Shown here: piece after piece, positions 24,848 through 33,012 of the stretch
How the letters are laid out: each line of letters begins with the position of its first letter
Position numbering within the stretch: position 1 is the stretch's first letter
DNA from: a virus
Virus record (IMG/VR): IMGVR_UViG_3300045988_096127
Coordinates: 1-42,742 of that record
Strand: one strand, 5' to 3'
Length of the DNA: 42,742 nt
Notes under the pieces: model-generated
The model's database searches: none
Told to the model about the DNA's origin: nothing
Seen by the model: only the letters and a program-made list of their open reading frames with translations
Made by a program: the position numbers and the translations under genes

Positions 24848-24933
24848 TTCTCAATGTACTACAATGCTAATGTCTGTATACAATTTTTACCGGCATATTT
24901 CAGCCGGCAAAAATATCAATATTCAGTTTTGTT

Positions 24934-25134
24934 CTATGGCATCCTGTAATCTCCCTCTAATGCATTTTCAATTGCGCCTCCTAGATCAGAAAAGAAAACG
25001 CCCTCTTCGTCACAATCGTTTTGCCAAAGTCTTGCACCTAAATCATTCAGAATTTCACTTGCTTTTTTTTATATTTCCTTTTCTTCCTCTGAAAAATCAA
25101 TGTCTACATCATTACTCTTATAAAAGTTAGCCAT
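24934..25134 (-). pseudogene. 66-codon ORF interrupted by one in-frame TAA (codon 22)
   Basis: GGAGG RBS, then MANFYKSNDVDIDFSEEEKEI-TAA-KKASEILNDLGARLWQNDCDEEGVFFSDLGGAIENALEGDYRMP, all in one frame. The TAA lies at the start of an A8 run. Confidence 0.4.
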
Positions 25135-25171
25135 CTTTTTTCTACCTCCGTTTAATCCGTTAAAGTTCAGT

Positions 25172-25462
25172 TTACCAATCATATTTCTTATCATCCAAAA
25201 GATCTACATCTGTATAATTATCAAGACACTTTTCATAATGCCCTTCCTGCTTAGTAATACCAGAATAAGTTTCATATGGATTTGGAAGATTATGCTTTTT
25301 ACAACAATCATAGCAAATAACAAAGCTTCTTGTTTTTTCTCTACGCCCATATGGTTCATTGTCCGTGTGATATCTGGCAAAATTTTGGAAAGGTGTCATA
25401 GATAACAGCGTTGCAGTCCTATCGCAGTCTTTTCCACAAAAATCACAAATTGCATGTACCAT
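25172..25462 (-). CDS. Cys-rich hypothetical protein (zinc-ribbon-like CxxC ... CxxCC)
   Basis: 96 aa, with 'CDFCGKDC' and 'CYDCCKKH'. Confidence 0.6.
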   Translation of the reverse strand: MVHAICDFCGKDCDRTATLLSMTPFQNFARYHTDNEPYGRREKTRSFVICYDCCKKHNLPNPYETYSGITKQEGHYEKCLDNYTDVDLLDDKKYDW

Positions 25463-25521
25463 CCTACTATTCCTCCATTAATTCTAATTTTCAGCTATTT
25501 CCATTTTGGAAATAGTTCAGT

Positions 25522-25683
25522 TTAGCTATAATTTTCTGTTAAAAATCTGCCACAATAAGGACAATTAGAGATATGCGATGTTTTATATAAGACACCAAAA
25601 TCATCTCTAATTTCAAATGGTTCATTGGCTTTATGCCCCTTACATATACAGCATGTTTGTTTTTGCTTTTCAAATTTACTCAT
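25522..25683 (-). CDS. Small zinc-ribbon protein (53 aa)
   Basis: An AAAGGAG RBS precedes MSKFEKQKQTCCICKGHKANEPFEIRDDFGVLYKTSHISNCPYCGRFLTENYS. The ORF is below the ORF-track cutoff. Confidence 0.55.
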   Translation of the reverse strand: MSKFEKQKQTCCICKGHKANEPFEIRDDFGVLYKTSHISNCPYCGRFLTENYS

Positions 25684-25727
25684 ATAATTTCTCCTTTAAA
25701 TTTCTAAATTTGTAGAATCATTCGAAT

Positions 25728-26027
25728 CTACAAATATTTTCTATAGTGTTCTGGAAATTTAAAATCTTGTTCTCTCCCTATATTCCCTGGTTTTCTATTC
25801 AATCTCTGTAATTCCGTGGAGAAACTATTTACATTCAAATCCAAATCATTATAGCATTGACTGCACTCAAGTCTTACAACCCAATTAAAAGAACCACTAT
25901 CGTATTGATATAATAGTGCGCTTGCTTTTGGATAAGAATTAAGGTAGTTTTCTATCTCCTGAAATTGTCTAGCGGTTTCTTTGCAATCCGTATATCCGCT
26001 TATCTTGAGCCAATGAACATACTTCAT
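25728..26027 (-). CDS. Hypothetical protein
   Basis: Start moved to 'MKYVHWLK', which has AGGAGG 6 nt upstream. Confidence 0.6.
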   Translation of the reverse strand: MKYVHWLKISGYTDCKETARQFQEIENYLNSYPKASALLYQYDSGSFNWVVRLECSQCYNDLDLNVNSFSTELQRLNRKPGNIGREQDFKFPEHYRKYL

Positions 26028-26061
26028 ACTTCGCCTCCTAAATTCTAATTTAACTGACCTT

Positions 26062-26625
26062 TTAATTCCCACTTTCAAATTCTTCAAGTGCTTTGTAATA
26101 CTCACTTCCCTTAATTTCTGTGAACCCATCACTCTCTGGTGTTATTCCATTCTTTTTAGTTTTAACGTTCAGATAGCATTTTCCGTCATGTTCAAATCTG
26201 GTAACTGAATAACCGCCGTAACGCAATTCCTGAAAATAATCTCCTTCTCTAACTGGATGATTATTAATTATGATTTTTCTCTCAATGCATAATTCCTGAA
26301 ACTCTTTTAATGTTTTGCTATTTGCTCTGAAACTACGCATCATCACATCGGAATCACAGAATATATTGACAGGTTTTAATAATTCCTTACCGAACTTTGC
26401 ATTATTTTCTTCGCAATCCTCGACGTAAAGACGAATACTGTGTTTTTCAAAATCTTCGAATGGTCTATTGCAAAATCCATTGCCGCCGATATGATAGGCG
26501 TGCCCTGCAATTCCTTTTTCGTTAAAAAATTCATTTATCAATTTTCGTCTTTCTTCGTCATGGACGTTGTAATCTTTAATTTCATTTAAAAAATCTGCAT
26601 TTGTAACAATATAGAATTTTTCCAT
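26062..26625 (-). CDS. Hypothetical early protein
   Basis: 187-aa ORF in the operon frame. No motif recognised. Confidence 0.65.
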   Translation of the reverse strand: MEKFYIVTNADFLNEIKDYNVHDEERRKLINEFFNEKGIAGHAYHIGGNGFCNRPFEDFEKHSIRLYVEDCEENNAKFGKELLKPVNIFCDSDVMMRSFRANSKTLKEFQELCIERKIIINNHPVREGDYFQELRYGGYSVTRFEHDGKCYLNVKTKKNGITPESDGFTEIKGSEYYKALEEFESGN

Positions 26626-26637
26626 GTTTTTTCTCCT

Positions 26638-26997
26638 TTAAAACAAACTCATTTGTTGCTCGTCATAAATATATCTTTTTCTTTCTGGCATCTCTCGCTG
26701 GCAAAATATACGCTTAACTCTTTCTTTCTGTTTGAGATTTGCCATATAATAATTATCAACCTCCGGCGGAACTGACAAATAGTATTCTACCGGCAACGGT
26801 AACTGATTCTCGGCACAGATTTCTGCGATCTGACGTTGATAATAAATGATATGATTCCGTGTCAGATTCATGTTGCAGCCATCGGACCAGAACGGATCAT
26901 TACATCCATTCTGATTTATATCCTTCCATTGCGATATTTCTTCACGGATATACTGGCAATATATTTTTACTTTCTTCTCCGGTGTTTCTTCTTTCAT
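26638..26997 (-). CDS. Hypothetical protein coupled to the methyltransferase
   Basis: Start at 'MKEETPEKK' forms an ATGA overlap with the methyltransferase stop. Confidence 0.6.
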   Translation of the reverse strand: MKEETPEKKVKIYCQYIREEISQWKDINQNGCNDPFWSDGCNMNLTRNHIIYYQRQIAEICAENQLPLPVEYYLSVPPEVDNYYMANLKQKERVKRIFCQREMPERKRYIYDEQQMSLF

Positions 26998-27518
26998 GGC
27001 ATCACCTCCGGGAAGTCCGTAATACCTTTCATATAGCAGCCCCAAAATGTTTTTGATGCTTTCCCGCTTCTATGTCCAAATAAGGGCTTCTGACCTATCG
27101 CATCCCATACCTTATTGGCTGGAATTTGACACTCGGACCATTTAAAGATCAGTACGCCATCCGGCTTTAGAACTCTCATGCACTCACGAAAACCGTCATG
27201 TAGCATCTGCGGCCAATTATCTTCCAGTCTTCCGTACTTCTTTTTCATCCATGCGTTTTCTCCAACATGTTCCAGATGCGGTGGATCAAACACTACAAGT
27301 GCAAATGTATTATCTCCAAACGGTAAATTTGTGAAATCGCACTGTATATCAGGTGATACTGTGCAGGTTCGCTCAGATTCTCCATTTGTTGACTTCCATA
27401 TTCCAGTTAGATTTTCTGACCGCTTATCACAATACACCGCCGCCGGATGATTTTTATTAAACCAAATCGTTTTAGATCCGCATGTTACATCTAATATCTT
27501 TTTTTCTTTTATATTCAT
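26994..27518 (-). CDS. Small SAM-dependent DNA methyltransferase (DPPH motif; N6-adenine/N4-cytosine class)
   Basis: Motif I-like 'ILDVTCGS' and motif IV 'VVFDPPH'. Only 174 aa. Confidence 0.65.
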   Translation of the reverse strand: MNIKEKKILDVTCGSKTIWFNKNHPAAVYCDKRSENLTGIWKSTNGESERTCTVSPDIQCDFTNLPFGDNTFALVVFDPPHLEHVGENAWMKKKYGRLEDNWPQMLHDGFRECMRVLKPDGVLIFKWSECQIPANKVWDAIGQKPLFGHRSGKASKTFWGCYMKGITDFPEVMP

Positions 27519-27584
27519 TTCCCATAGGAACCGGGTACCCTTTATGCGCGCTGGTTCGGCTCCTTTCTGTAATAATTCTTGTTA

Positions 27585-27612
27585 TTGACAATTTTTAAAT
27601 AAAAGCTACAAT
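27585..27612 (+). promoter_or_regulatory. Near-consensus plus-strand promoter (TTGACA-16-TACAAT)
   Basis: TTGACA at 27585..27590 and TACAAT at 27607..27612, in the gap between two minus-strand genes. Confidence 0.55.
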
Positions 27613-27666
27613 ATATTTACAGCACCATACCTTAGTAGGCTTAAATTTATGATAAGGCAGGTGATT

Positions 27667-27759
27667 ATGTTGAATATTTCAGATGTTTTGCAGCTTCTAA
27701 CATTAATAGTCATAACGGCTCAACTGATAGAAACCATTAAAAACAATAAAGAAAAATAA
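27667..27759 (+). CDS. 30-aa hydrophobic peptide, type I toxin / holin-like-toxin-like
   Basis: An AGGTGATT RBS region precedes MLNISDVLQLLTLIVITAQLIETIKNNKEK, which has a hydrophobic core and a Lys-rich tail. It is on the opposite strand to all its neighbours. Confidence 0.4.
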   Translation: MLNISDVLQLLTLIVITAQLIETIKNNKEK

Positions 27760-27821
27760 ATCATAATCCAGCCCCAAAAAATTGTTAACCGAACAGGACA
27801 GGTGCTTTTTTAGTGCATTTC

Positions 27822-29030
27822 CTATAAAGGTAAACTTATCTGTCCCTTACAATTTCCACCGATGGTTGTCGGGTCCCATCCAACTCCAATGTAGTCCAGA
27901 ACCTTCGCCCATCCATAGTCGTTCCCATCCTTATCCTTGCACATATGGAACATCAGATAATCCCACTCTTTCGGATTGCTCTCATACAACAGATCAAACC
28001 GATGTGGTCTCTTTTCCATGTGAATCCCAAATCCACACATACTGCATCCGGTGCGCTGCGCCTTTGTCGTGTACAATGTACCATCTGGCTTTTTTTCAAT
28101 CGCTCCGTAGATCTCCGGTATAATGCTGTCTGGCATTTCAAAACTTTCAGATAATTTTCCATCTCTCAAAAGTTTCTCATGATATTTTTCTCTCAGTCCG
28201 GCTTTCCACAGTTCGTCCATTTCCAGTGCGAGTTTTAAAATGTCCTGCCTATGGAAGATTGCGAATGGTGCTGATCTGATCGTGGATGCTCCGAAATAAT
28301 TACATCCGTTCATCCGCAAGCTCTTGGCACGCCTGCCGCCTTCTGATGCCATCAGTCCCAGATATGGCACGCTATTATGTTTCTTTCCCCAGTTATCACA
28401 GTTCTTTTCCTTGAGATAATAACAGCATTTAGCAGATACAAGGAAGTCTGGCTTCTGGAAATCACACCCTTCATTTTCATTCTCATATCCACCGAACAAC
28501 TGTAACCATCGTTGATTTAACTGCATTTTTGAGTTTTTCTGCCATCCACCATATTCTCCAGTTTCTCCGGTTATGATCGCATGACGGACTGTCTTATTCT
28601 TCTCGCTCGGATTTTGCAAAAGTTCTATCTTCCCGGCAATCTCTTTTGAAATGACCGGAAACCCAAATTCCTGTATAACCTTTGGTTTTGTCCAATATGT
28701 GCCATCATCTCTTTTCAGTGGCGGTACATTTATTATTCCAAGAGCCTTATGTACTCTCTGTATACTCTTGTCTTCCAGTGTAGATGCACTGACTCCTGGT
28801 GCATCAATTCCGCATACCTCATGTAAAAACAGGTATAAGATTATACTGTCAAGTCCACCGACCGAAACATGGTAGTTGAGCAATCTTCCATCACATTCAG
28901 TTGCAAATTCTTCTGCTCTGATCTGTGCGTATTTTCTTTTATATTCATATGGCTGCTTTTCTTTCTGCATAAAAGATGCTATCTTTTCGTATGCTCCGAT
29001 TCGCTCCATACGTTCTTTTACTGATTCCAT
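27822..29030 (-). CDS. PAPS reductase / PP-loop ATPase family protein (DndC/IbrA-like)
   Basis: PP-loop-like 'VSVGGLDSIILYL', a 'GGRRAKSLRMNG' motif, and a C-terminal Cys cluster 'GCSMCGFG'. Confidence 0.7.
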   Translation of the reverse strand: MESVKERMERIGAYEKIASFMQKEKQPYEYKRKYAQIRAEEFATECDGRLLNYHVSVGGLDSIILYLFLHEVCGIDAPGVSASTLEDKSIQRVHKALGIINVPPLKRDDGTYWTKPKVIQEFGFPVISKEIAGKIELLQNPSEKNKTVRHAIITGETGEYGGWQKNSKMQLNQRWLQLFGGYENENEGCDFQKPDFLVSAKCCYYLKEKNCDNWGKKHNSVPYLGLMASEGGRRAKSLRMNGCNYFGASTIRSAPFAIFHRQDILKLALEMDELWKAGLREKYHEKLLRDGKLSESFEMPDSIIPEIYGAIEKKPDGTLYTTKAQRTGCSMCGFGIHMEKRPHRFDLLYESNPKEWDYLMFHMCKDKDGNDYGWAKVLDYIGVGWDPTTIGGNCKGQISLPL

Positions 29031-29089
29031 TTTTTCTCGGAGTAAAGAGCTCTTTCACGCTGGCCAGCAAACCTCTCACTCCTTTCAAT

Positions 29090-29353
29090 TTACTTTAAAA
29101 TTTCATCCAAGCAGGCATTCCAACCCACCCGACGTATTGATGTGCTGAGATCTTCATAACCGGATTTTAACTTTGGTATCTTCTCCGGCAGTTCCCGGAG
29201 CGGACACCAATCTGGCTTTCCAACGTTATATGCATCTTCTTGTGTCACACCACATATTAAATTTAATATTGGATTATCTCTTTCGAAAAAGCTACAAGGA
29301 CAATCAGCACAGCATTCCGGCATATCGTCCATTATCAATATTCCTTTAGGCAT
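29090..29353 (-). CDS. Cys-rich hypothetical protein
   Basis: Start at 'MPKGILIMDD', with GGAAGGAG upstream. Contains 'CCADCPC'. Confidence 0.55.
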   Translation of the reverse strand: MPKGILIMDDMPECCADCPCSFFERDNPILNLICGVTQEDAYNVGKPDWCPLRELPEKIPKLKSGYEDLSTSIRRVGWNACLDEILK

Positions 29354-29355
29354 AT

Positions 29356-30015
29356 TCACACTCCTTCCGGTTTCTCGCACCGCTCAAATTCGATTACCCA
29401 AACGTAAGGATTCGCATCCCAACCGTAGCGGTCAATATCGGATTTCTTGATGGTTGATTCCCACAACCAAGCAAATTGTTCCTTTGTAATCCCGTACTCT
29501 GGGTCTACTTCTGTTCCATAATTTTTTTCACCGTATCCGATATCATCATAGAAAAGGTTTCCAACACCTTCGCTTTCTGCCCCCTTTGGTGTGATATCCT
29601 GCAACCGCTCCACCCTCACATCCGTAACCTTAAGCCAGATACGTGCCGCTTCTTTCGGCATATGAATTGATGGTTTCCATTTAGTAACATCGGCTATATC
29701 ATCTTTCTGCCAATCTTCGTAGTAATAGTATCCGTTCGGTGCCTTTTTCCATGTTTCACGGACATACAGGATGTTGCCCGGCTCATACGGTGCTTTATAT
29801 GCCGTCATTATCAATTCCGCATCCGTCATGTCGCAATATGGCTTAAACGTCATCCTCTTACCTTTTAAAAAATCATCAGGCGCAGCATTTTTACACTTGT
29901 CTGGCAACATTCCCAAAAACTGACGAGAACTTACCAGCCGCCTGGTGCAGGTCTTCCACCCGTTCAGAATTGCCCGGACCATTTCTGTGTTGAATAAAAT
30001 CGGTTTAATTGACAT
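29356..30015 (-). CDS. ASCH-like (PUA-fold) domain protein
   Basis: The N-terminus 'KPILFNTEMVRAILNGWKTCTRR' is typical of phage ASCH-type proteins as I recall them. Confidence 0.5.
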   Translation of the reverse strand: MSIKPILFNTEMVRAILNGWKTCTRRLVSSRQFLGMLPDKCKNAAPDDFLKGKRMTFKPYCDMTDAELIMTAYKAPYEPGNILYVRETWKKAPNGYYYYEDWQKDDIADVTKWKPSIHMPKEAARIWLKVTDVRVERLQDITPKGAESEGVGNLFYDDIGYGEKNYGTEVDPEYGITKEQFAWLWESTIKKSDIDRYGWDANPYVWVIEFERCEKPEGV

Positions 30016-30319
30016 CTACTCCACCGCCTTTCACGATCTCGATTGCTTTCTCAACCGCATCATTTATAGTCTTGTTTTCAATTTCTGTCATATGATACAA
30101 ACTACTGTCCCAGTAACTGTCATATTTATTTCCATATTTTTTTAATCCATACAACTGCTCCACAACCTTGTCCGGGTCATAGGCGGTCGGTTGCGCATCT
30201 ATTAATTTTAAAATTGCATCTTTAATATCATTAGTAAATACATCTTTATTTTCTACCTCATCCCAAATTCCTAAAATTTTTATATGTCCTTCTAATTCAT
30301 CAGCATCAATCAATCTCAT
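30005..30319 (-). CDS. Hypothetical protein
   Basis: Start moved to 'MRLIDADELE'. Short overlap with the Lar-like gene. Confidence 0.55.
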   Translation of the reverse strand: MRLIDADELEGHIKILGIWDEVENKDVFTNDIKDAILKLIDAQPTAYDPDKVVEQLYGLKKYGNKYDSYWDSSLYHMTEIENKTINDAVEKAIEIVKGGGVDVN

Positions 30320-30557
30320 CGTTCGCCCTCTTGTTCCAATCTGTAGTTGCTTTCGCACGCTCGTCTCTCCCTGTTCTGATTCCTCCTTCCTGATCCATGT
30401 ACATCTCACATTCATAGCTTTTTGGAAGTTCTGTTCCGCATTTCATACATTTGATTTTGAACATTACCCCAACATCCGAATGTAATGGCTTATTTCTAAT
30501 GGTTAAGAACATTGCTTTTCCACCGCAGAACGGACATGGCTTAAGGCTTTCACTCAT
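30306..30557 (-). CDS. lar: Lar-family restriction alleviation protein
   Basis: 'LKPCPFCGGKA ... KCMKCG ... ATTDWNKRA' matches the Lar_restr_allev pattern (zinc ribbon plus WNxR). Confidence 0.7.
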   Translation of the reverse strand: MSESLKPCPFCGGKAMFLTIRNKPLHSDVGVMFKIKCMKCGTELPKSYECEMYMDQEGGIRTGRDERAKATTDWNKRANDEID

Positions 30558-31165
30558 TCTTCATCACCTCCAAAACTAAATTCAATCCCATCGCTCCAAT
30601 CGACACCTAACTGTTTACATTTTGCTCTCGTAGATGTACCTCCAGAATGACTGGTTCTGAAAAGAAACAGTTCTTGAACGATACTAAAATATGACATTCT
30701 ATAATAAAAGCGTTCCTCTTCGTCCAACTCCCTAATAGCATCTTCACCATGCACATATTCGTACCATTCCTCGAACTTTCCGACCAACTCCTGCATAAGG
30801 CTAATGCAATACTTCAAGATGTACTTTTCATCGTGGCTCTCCAATTCTTTCTCTACAATCTGTTTCTCCATCGCCGCCCGGCATTCTTCCGGCGTGCCGA
30901 TTGCTCTATACTGTTTCACTTCTTCCGATACTAATGCCATTTGACATAGTTCTTTATAATTTTTTTCTTTATCATACTCAACTTCTGTGAATGGTTTATC
31001 CAACAGAACACATAATAATTCGTACCAGCTTAAACCATGTCGCCTTGCTAATTGCTCTAAAGTCTGTCCACAATGATTTTCCATTGCCTGTTTTTCATGC
31101 GGTGCAATTAAATTCCAGTCTATAGATTCATTTGTTTCTAAAATTGGGAATTTTTTCTCACTCAT
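30554..31165 (-). CDS. Hypothetical early protein
   Basis: 203-aa ORF translationally coupled to its neighbours. Confidence 0.65.
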   Translation of the reverse strand: MSEKKFPILETNESIDWNLIAPHEKQAMENHCGQTLEQLARRHGLSWYELLCVLLDKPFTEVEYDKEKNYKELCQMALVSEEVKQYRAIGTPEECRAAMEKQIVEKELESHDEKYILKYCISLMQELVGKFEEWYEYVHGEDAIRELDEEERFYYRMSYFSIVQELFLFRTSHSGGTSTRAKCKQLGVDWSDGIEFSFGGDEE

Positions 31166-31560
31166 AACCGCACCTCCAACAGCTCCGGGTTATCAATCAT
31201 GTTGCCGATCACTTCAAAATTCTCTGAATCAAAATCATCCAGTTCCTCGTAGTAATCACAGCCCGGTTCATTCGTACACCATCCGTTTTCGTGCCACACG
31301 ACACGCTTTCTCGTCTCATCTTCTGGAAACTCAACGTCGATATGCCCTGAAAGAATATCATTCTCAAAAATCCGTCTGCCGCTTTTATCATTAAGTCCTG
31401 TGCACTGGCAAATAGTTGATGGGTCTATCTCGTAAACAGCTTTTTTACTTGCGAAAACCGGTTTAAAAATAAGCGGTCTTCCTGCAAGTTCATAATAACT
31501 ACCAGACATCCATTCTCCGTCATCAATGCACTTTCCGCGGAATAAATATCTATCTTCCAT
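31162..31560 (-). CDS. YopX-family protein
   Basis: 'RYLFRGKCIDDGEWMSGSYY' and 'ICQCTGLNDKSGRRIFENDIL' are typical of YopX. The start is at 'MEDRYLF'. Confidence 0.75.
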   Translation of the reverse strand: MEDRYLFRGKCIDDGEWMSGSYYELAGRPLIFKPVFASKKAVYEIDPSTICQCTGLNDKSGRRIFENDILSGHIDVEFPEDETRKRVVWHENGWCTNEPGCDYYEELDDFDSENFEVIGNMIDNPELLEVRL

Positions 31561-31978
31561 CCTTTTTCTCCATTTCTTTCTGCAACCATTTCTTGATATT
31601 ATTTTTGCAACCTGTATCACAATTACTATGTCTGCAATTTATTTTGTCTGATAAATACACTACGCAATGCTGGCTCACAGTAGACAGCATTTCTGCCAAC
31701 TCCTCATCCGTCATGCTTCTGATCCGGTCTGCATTGGTCTGTGGCTTCTTCTGGTCTCTAAGAAACGCACCAATTACAGGCATATCCCTGTCTGCAAAAG
31801 AGAGATGCTCACTACTTTTCGCAGAATAGATAACCAAAGGATTCTGTCTTCCAGCTTTACCGGCTCTTAATACCTCATAATGATTGTTTGAGAGCGGAAG
31901 CAATTGCCATCCATCCTTAACCAGCCATTTCTTTAAATTTTCTAACTTACTGATATGTAACACATTTCTTTTTGCCAT
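31550..31978 (-). CDS. Hypothetical early protein
   Basis: 142-aa ORF. No motif recognised. Confidence 0.6.
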   Translation of the reverse strand: MAKRNVLHISKLENLKKWLVKDGWQLLPLSNNHYEVLRAGKAGRQNPLVIYSAKSSEHLSFADRDMPVIGAFLRDQKKPQTNADRIRSMTDEELAEMLSTVSQHCVVYLSDKINCRHSNCDTGCKNNIKKWLQKEMEKKDGR

Positions 31979-31982
31979 ATTT

Positions 31983-32174
31983 CTACCTCACTAAATCCGT
32001 TCTTTTAACAGATATCCCTTTAAATTTCCCGGTGCGACAATACTCTGCGGTATCAAAAAAACAAATGCATCCATCGCCTTTTTTTTCAAGTGCTATGCTT
32101 ACACCATTGCTTACCAGTGTATTTTTTAACAACGTCAGTACCACTTGTATCTCCTGCTTGGTCTCCTCTGTCAT
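31983..32174 (-). CDS. Hypothetical small protein
   Basis: 63-aa ORF, tightly packed after the loader gene. Confidence 0.5.
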   Translation of the reverse strand: MTEETKQEIQVVLTLLKNTLVSNGVSIALEKKGDGCICFFDTAEYCRTGKFKGISVKRTDLVR

Positions 32175-32175
32175 T

Positions 32176-33012
32176 TCAACTGCGCCCTCCCGAATTTATT
32201 ACTTTTTCAATGATTTCTTCCCGTAACTGCTCTGCTATATGGTCCCGAACCGATTCCTCTGGGAATGCGATCTGATACGTCCGTTCCTTGATGCGGTTCG
32301 TGATCCGGTCATCATACTGCAACGTCTCCAACGGATCATTGCTCGTAAAAATAGTCACTTTTCGGTTTATGTAACGCTCATTGATGATTTGATACATCTT
32401 GTCGTTGATCCAGTCCGCTGGTCTCTCCACTCCGAAATCATCAATCACAAGGATGTCTGTGGTGTAGAGCGCGTCCAAAAGCTGATTCTCACTGCATTCT
32501 GTATCTCTCCGCCATGTATTCTTAATCTCTTGCAGGATGGTCAGTGACACTGCAAACTTCACTGCATAGTTTTTCATCAGTTCATTTGCAATCCCGGCAG
32601 AAATCCTTGTCTTACCGCTTCCCTTTGTCCTCGACCAGATATACAGTCCCATGCCTCTTTCCTTCTGGCTCTCGAAATCATCCAGATAGGTTTTTATGAT
32701 TTTACAGGCATCTGACACCATCTTTTTACTTTCCTGCTTTCTGTACACATCCATTCGAAACGATCTCAGATCCATCCCACGGAATGCCTCCGGTATATCT
32801 GCGAATCGCAACCGCCTTGACATGACCGCTTTCTTACGGCATTTACACGGTACTGCTATTTCAACTCCGTCTTTTATTTTCAAGATCCACTCCCGACCTT
32901 CGCAAATTGGACACACATCAGAATCCTTGGAAGTCTCCGGTGTCTCCGCGTTCCTGCATGAGTTCGTTGAGTGATTTTTCATGCGTTCCAGTATCTCTTC
33001 CAACTGATCCAT
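32176..33012 (-). CDS. DnaC/IstB-like AAA+ helicase loader with an N-terminal zinc finger
   Basis: Walker A 'TKGSGKTR', Walker B 'ILVIDDFG', 'CPICEG...CKC', and an AAGGAGAG RBS before the ATG at 33012. Confidence 0.85.
   Translation of the reverse strand: MDQLEEILERMKNHSTNSCRNAETPETSKDSDVCPICEGREWILKIKDGVEIAVPCKCRKKAVMSRRLRFADIPEAFRGMDLRSFRMDVYRKQESKKMVSDACKIIKTYLDDFESQKERGMGLYIWSRTKGSGKTRISAGIANELMKNYAVKFAVSLTILQEIKNTWRRDTECSENQLLDALYTTDILVIDDFGVERPADWINDKMYQIINERYINRKVTIFTSNDPLETLQYDDRITNRIKERTYQIAFPEESVRDHIAEQLREEIIEKVINSGGRS

Noticed and set aside
24708-25130. 140-aa and 70-aa plus-strand ORFs in the accessory island
   Set aside because: They are antisense to the RBS-preceded interrupted ORF and to the promoter/terminator elements. 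No translation signals are present.
24934-25134. Alternative genetic code (stop-codon reassignment), considered as an explanation for the in-frame TAA
   Set aside because: All other genes terminate cleanly with TAA/TAG/TGA under the standard bacterial code, and no other ORF needs read-through. A genome-wide recoding is therefore not supported. I kept it only as a local anomaly.
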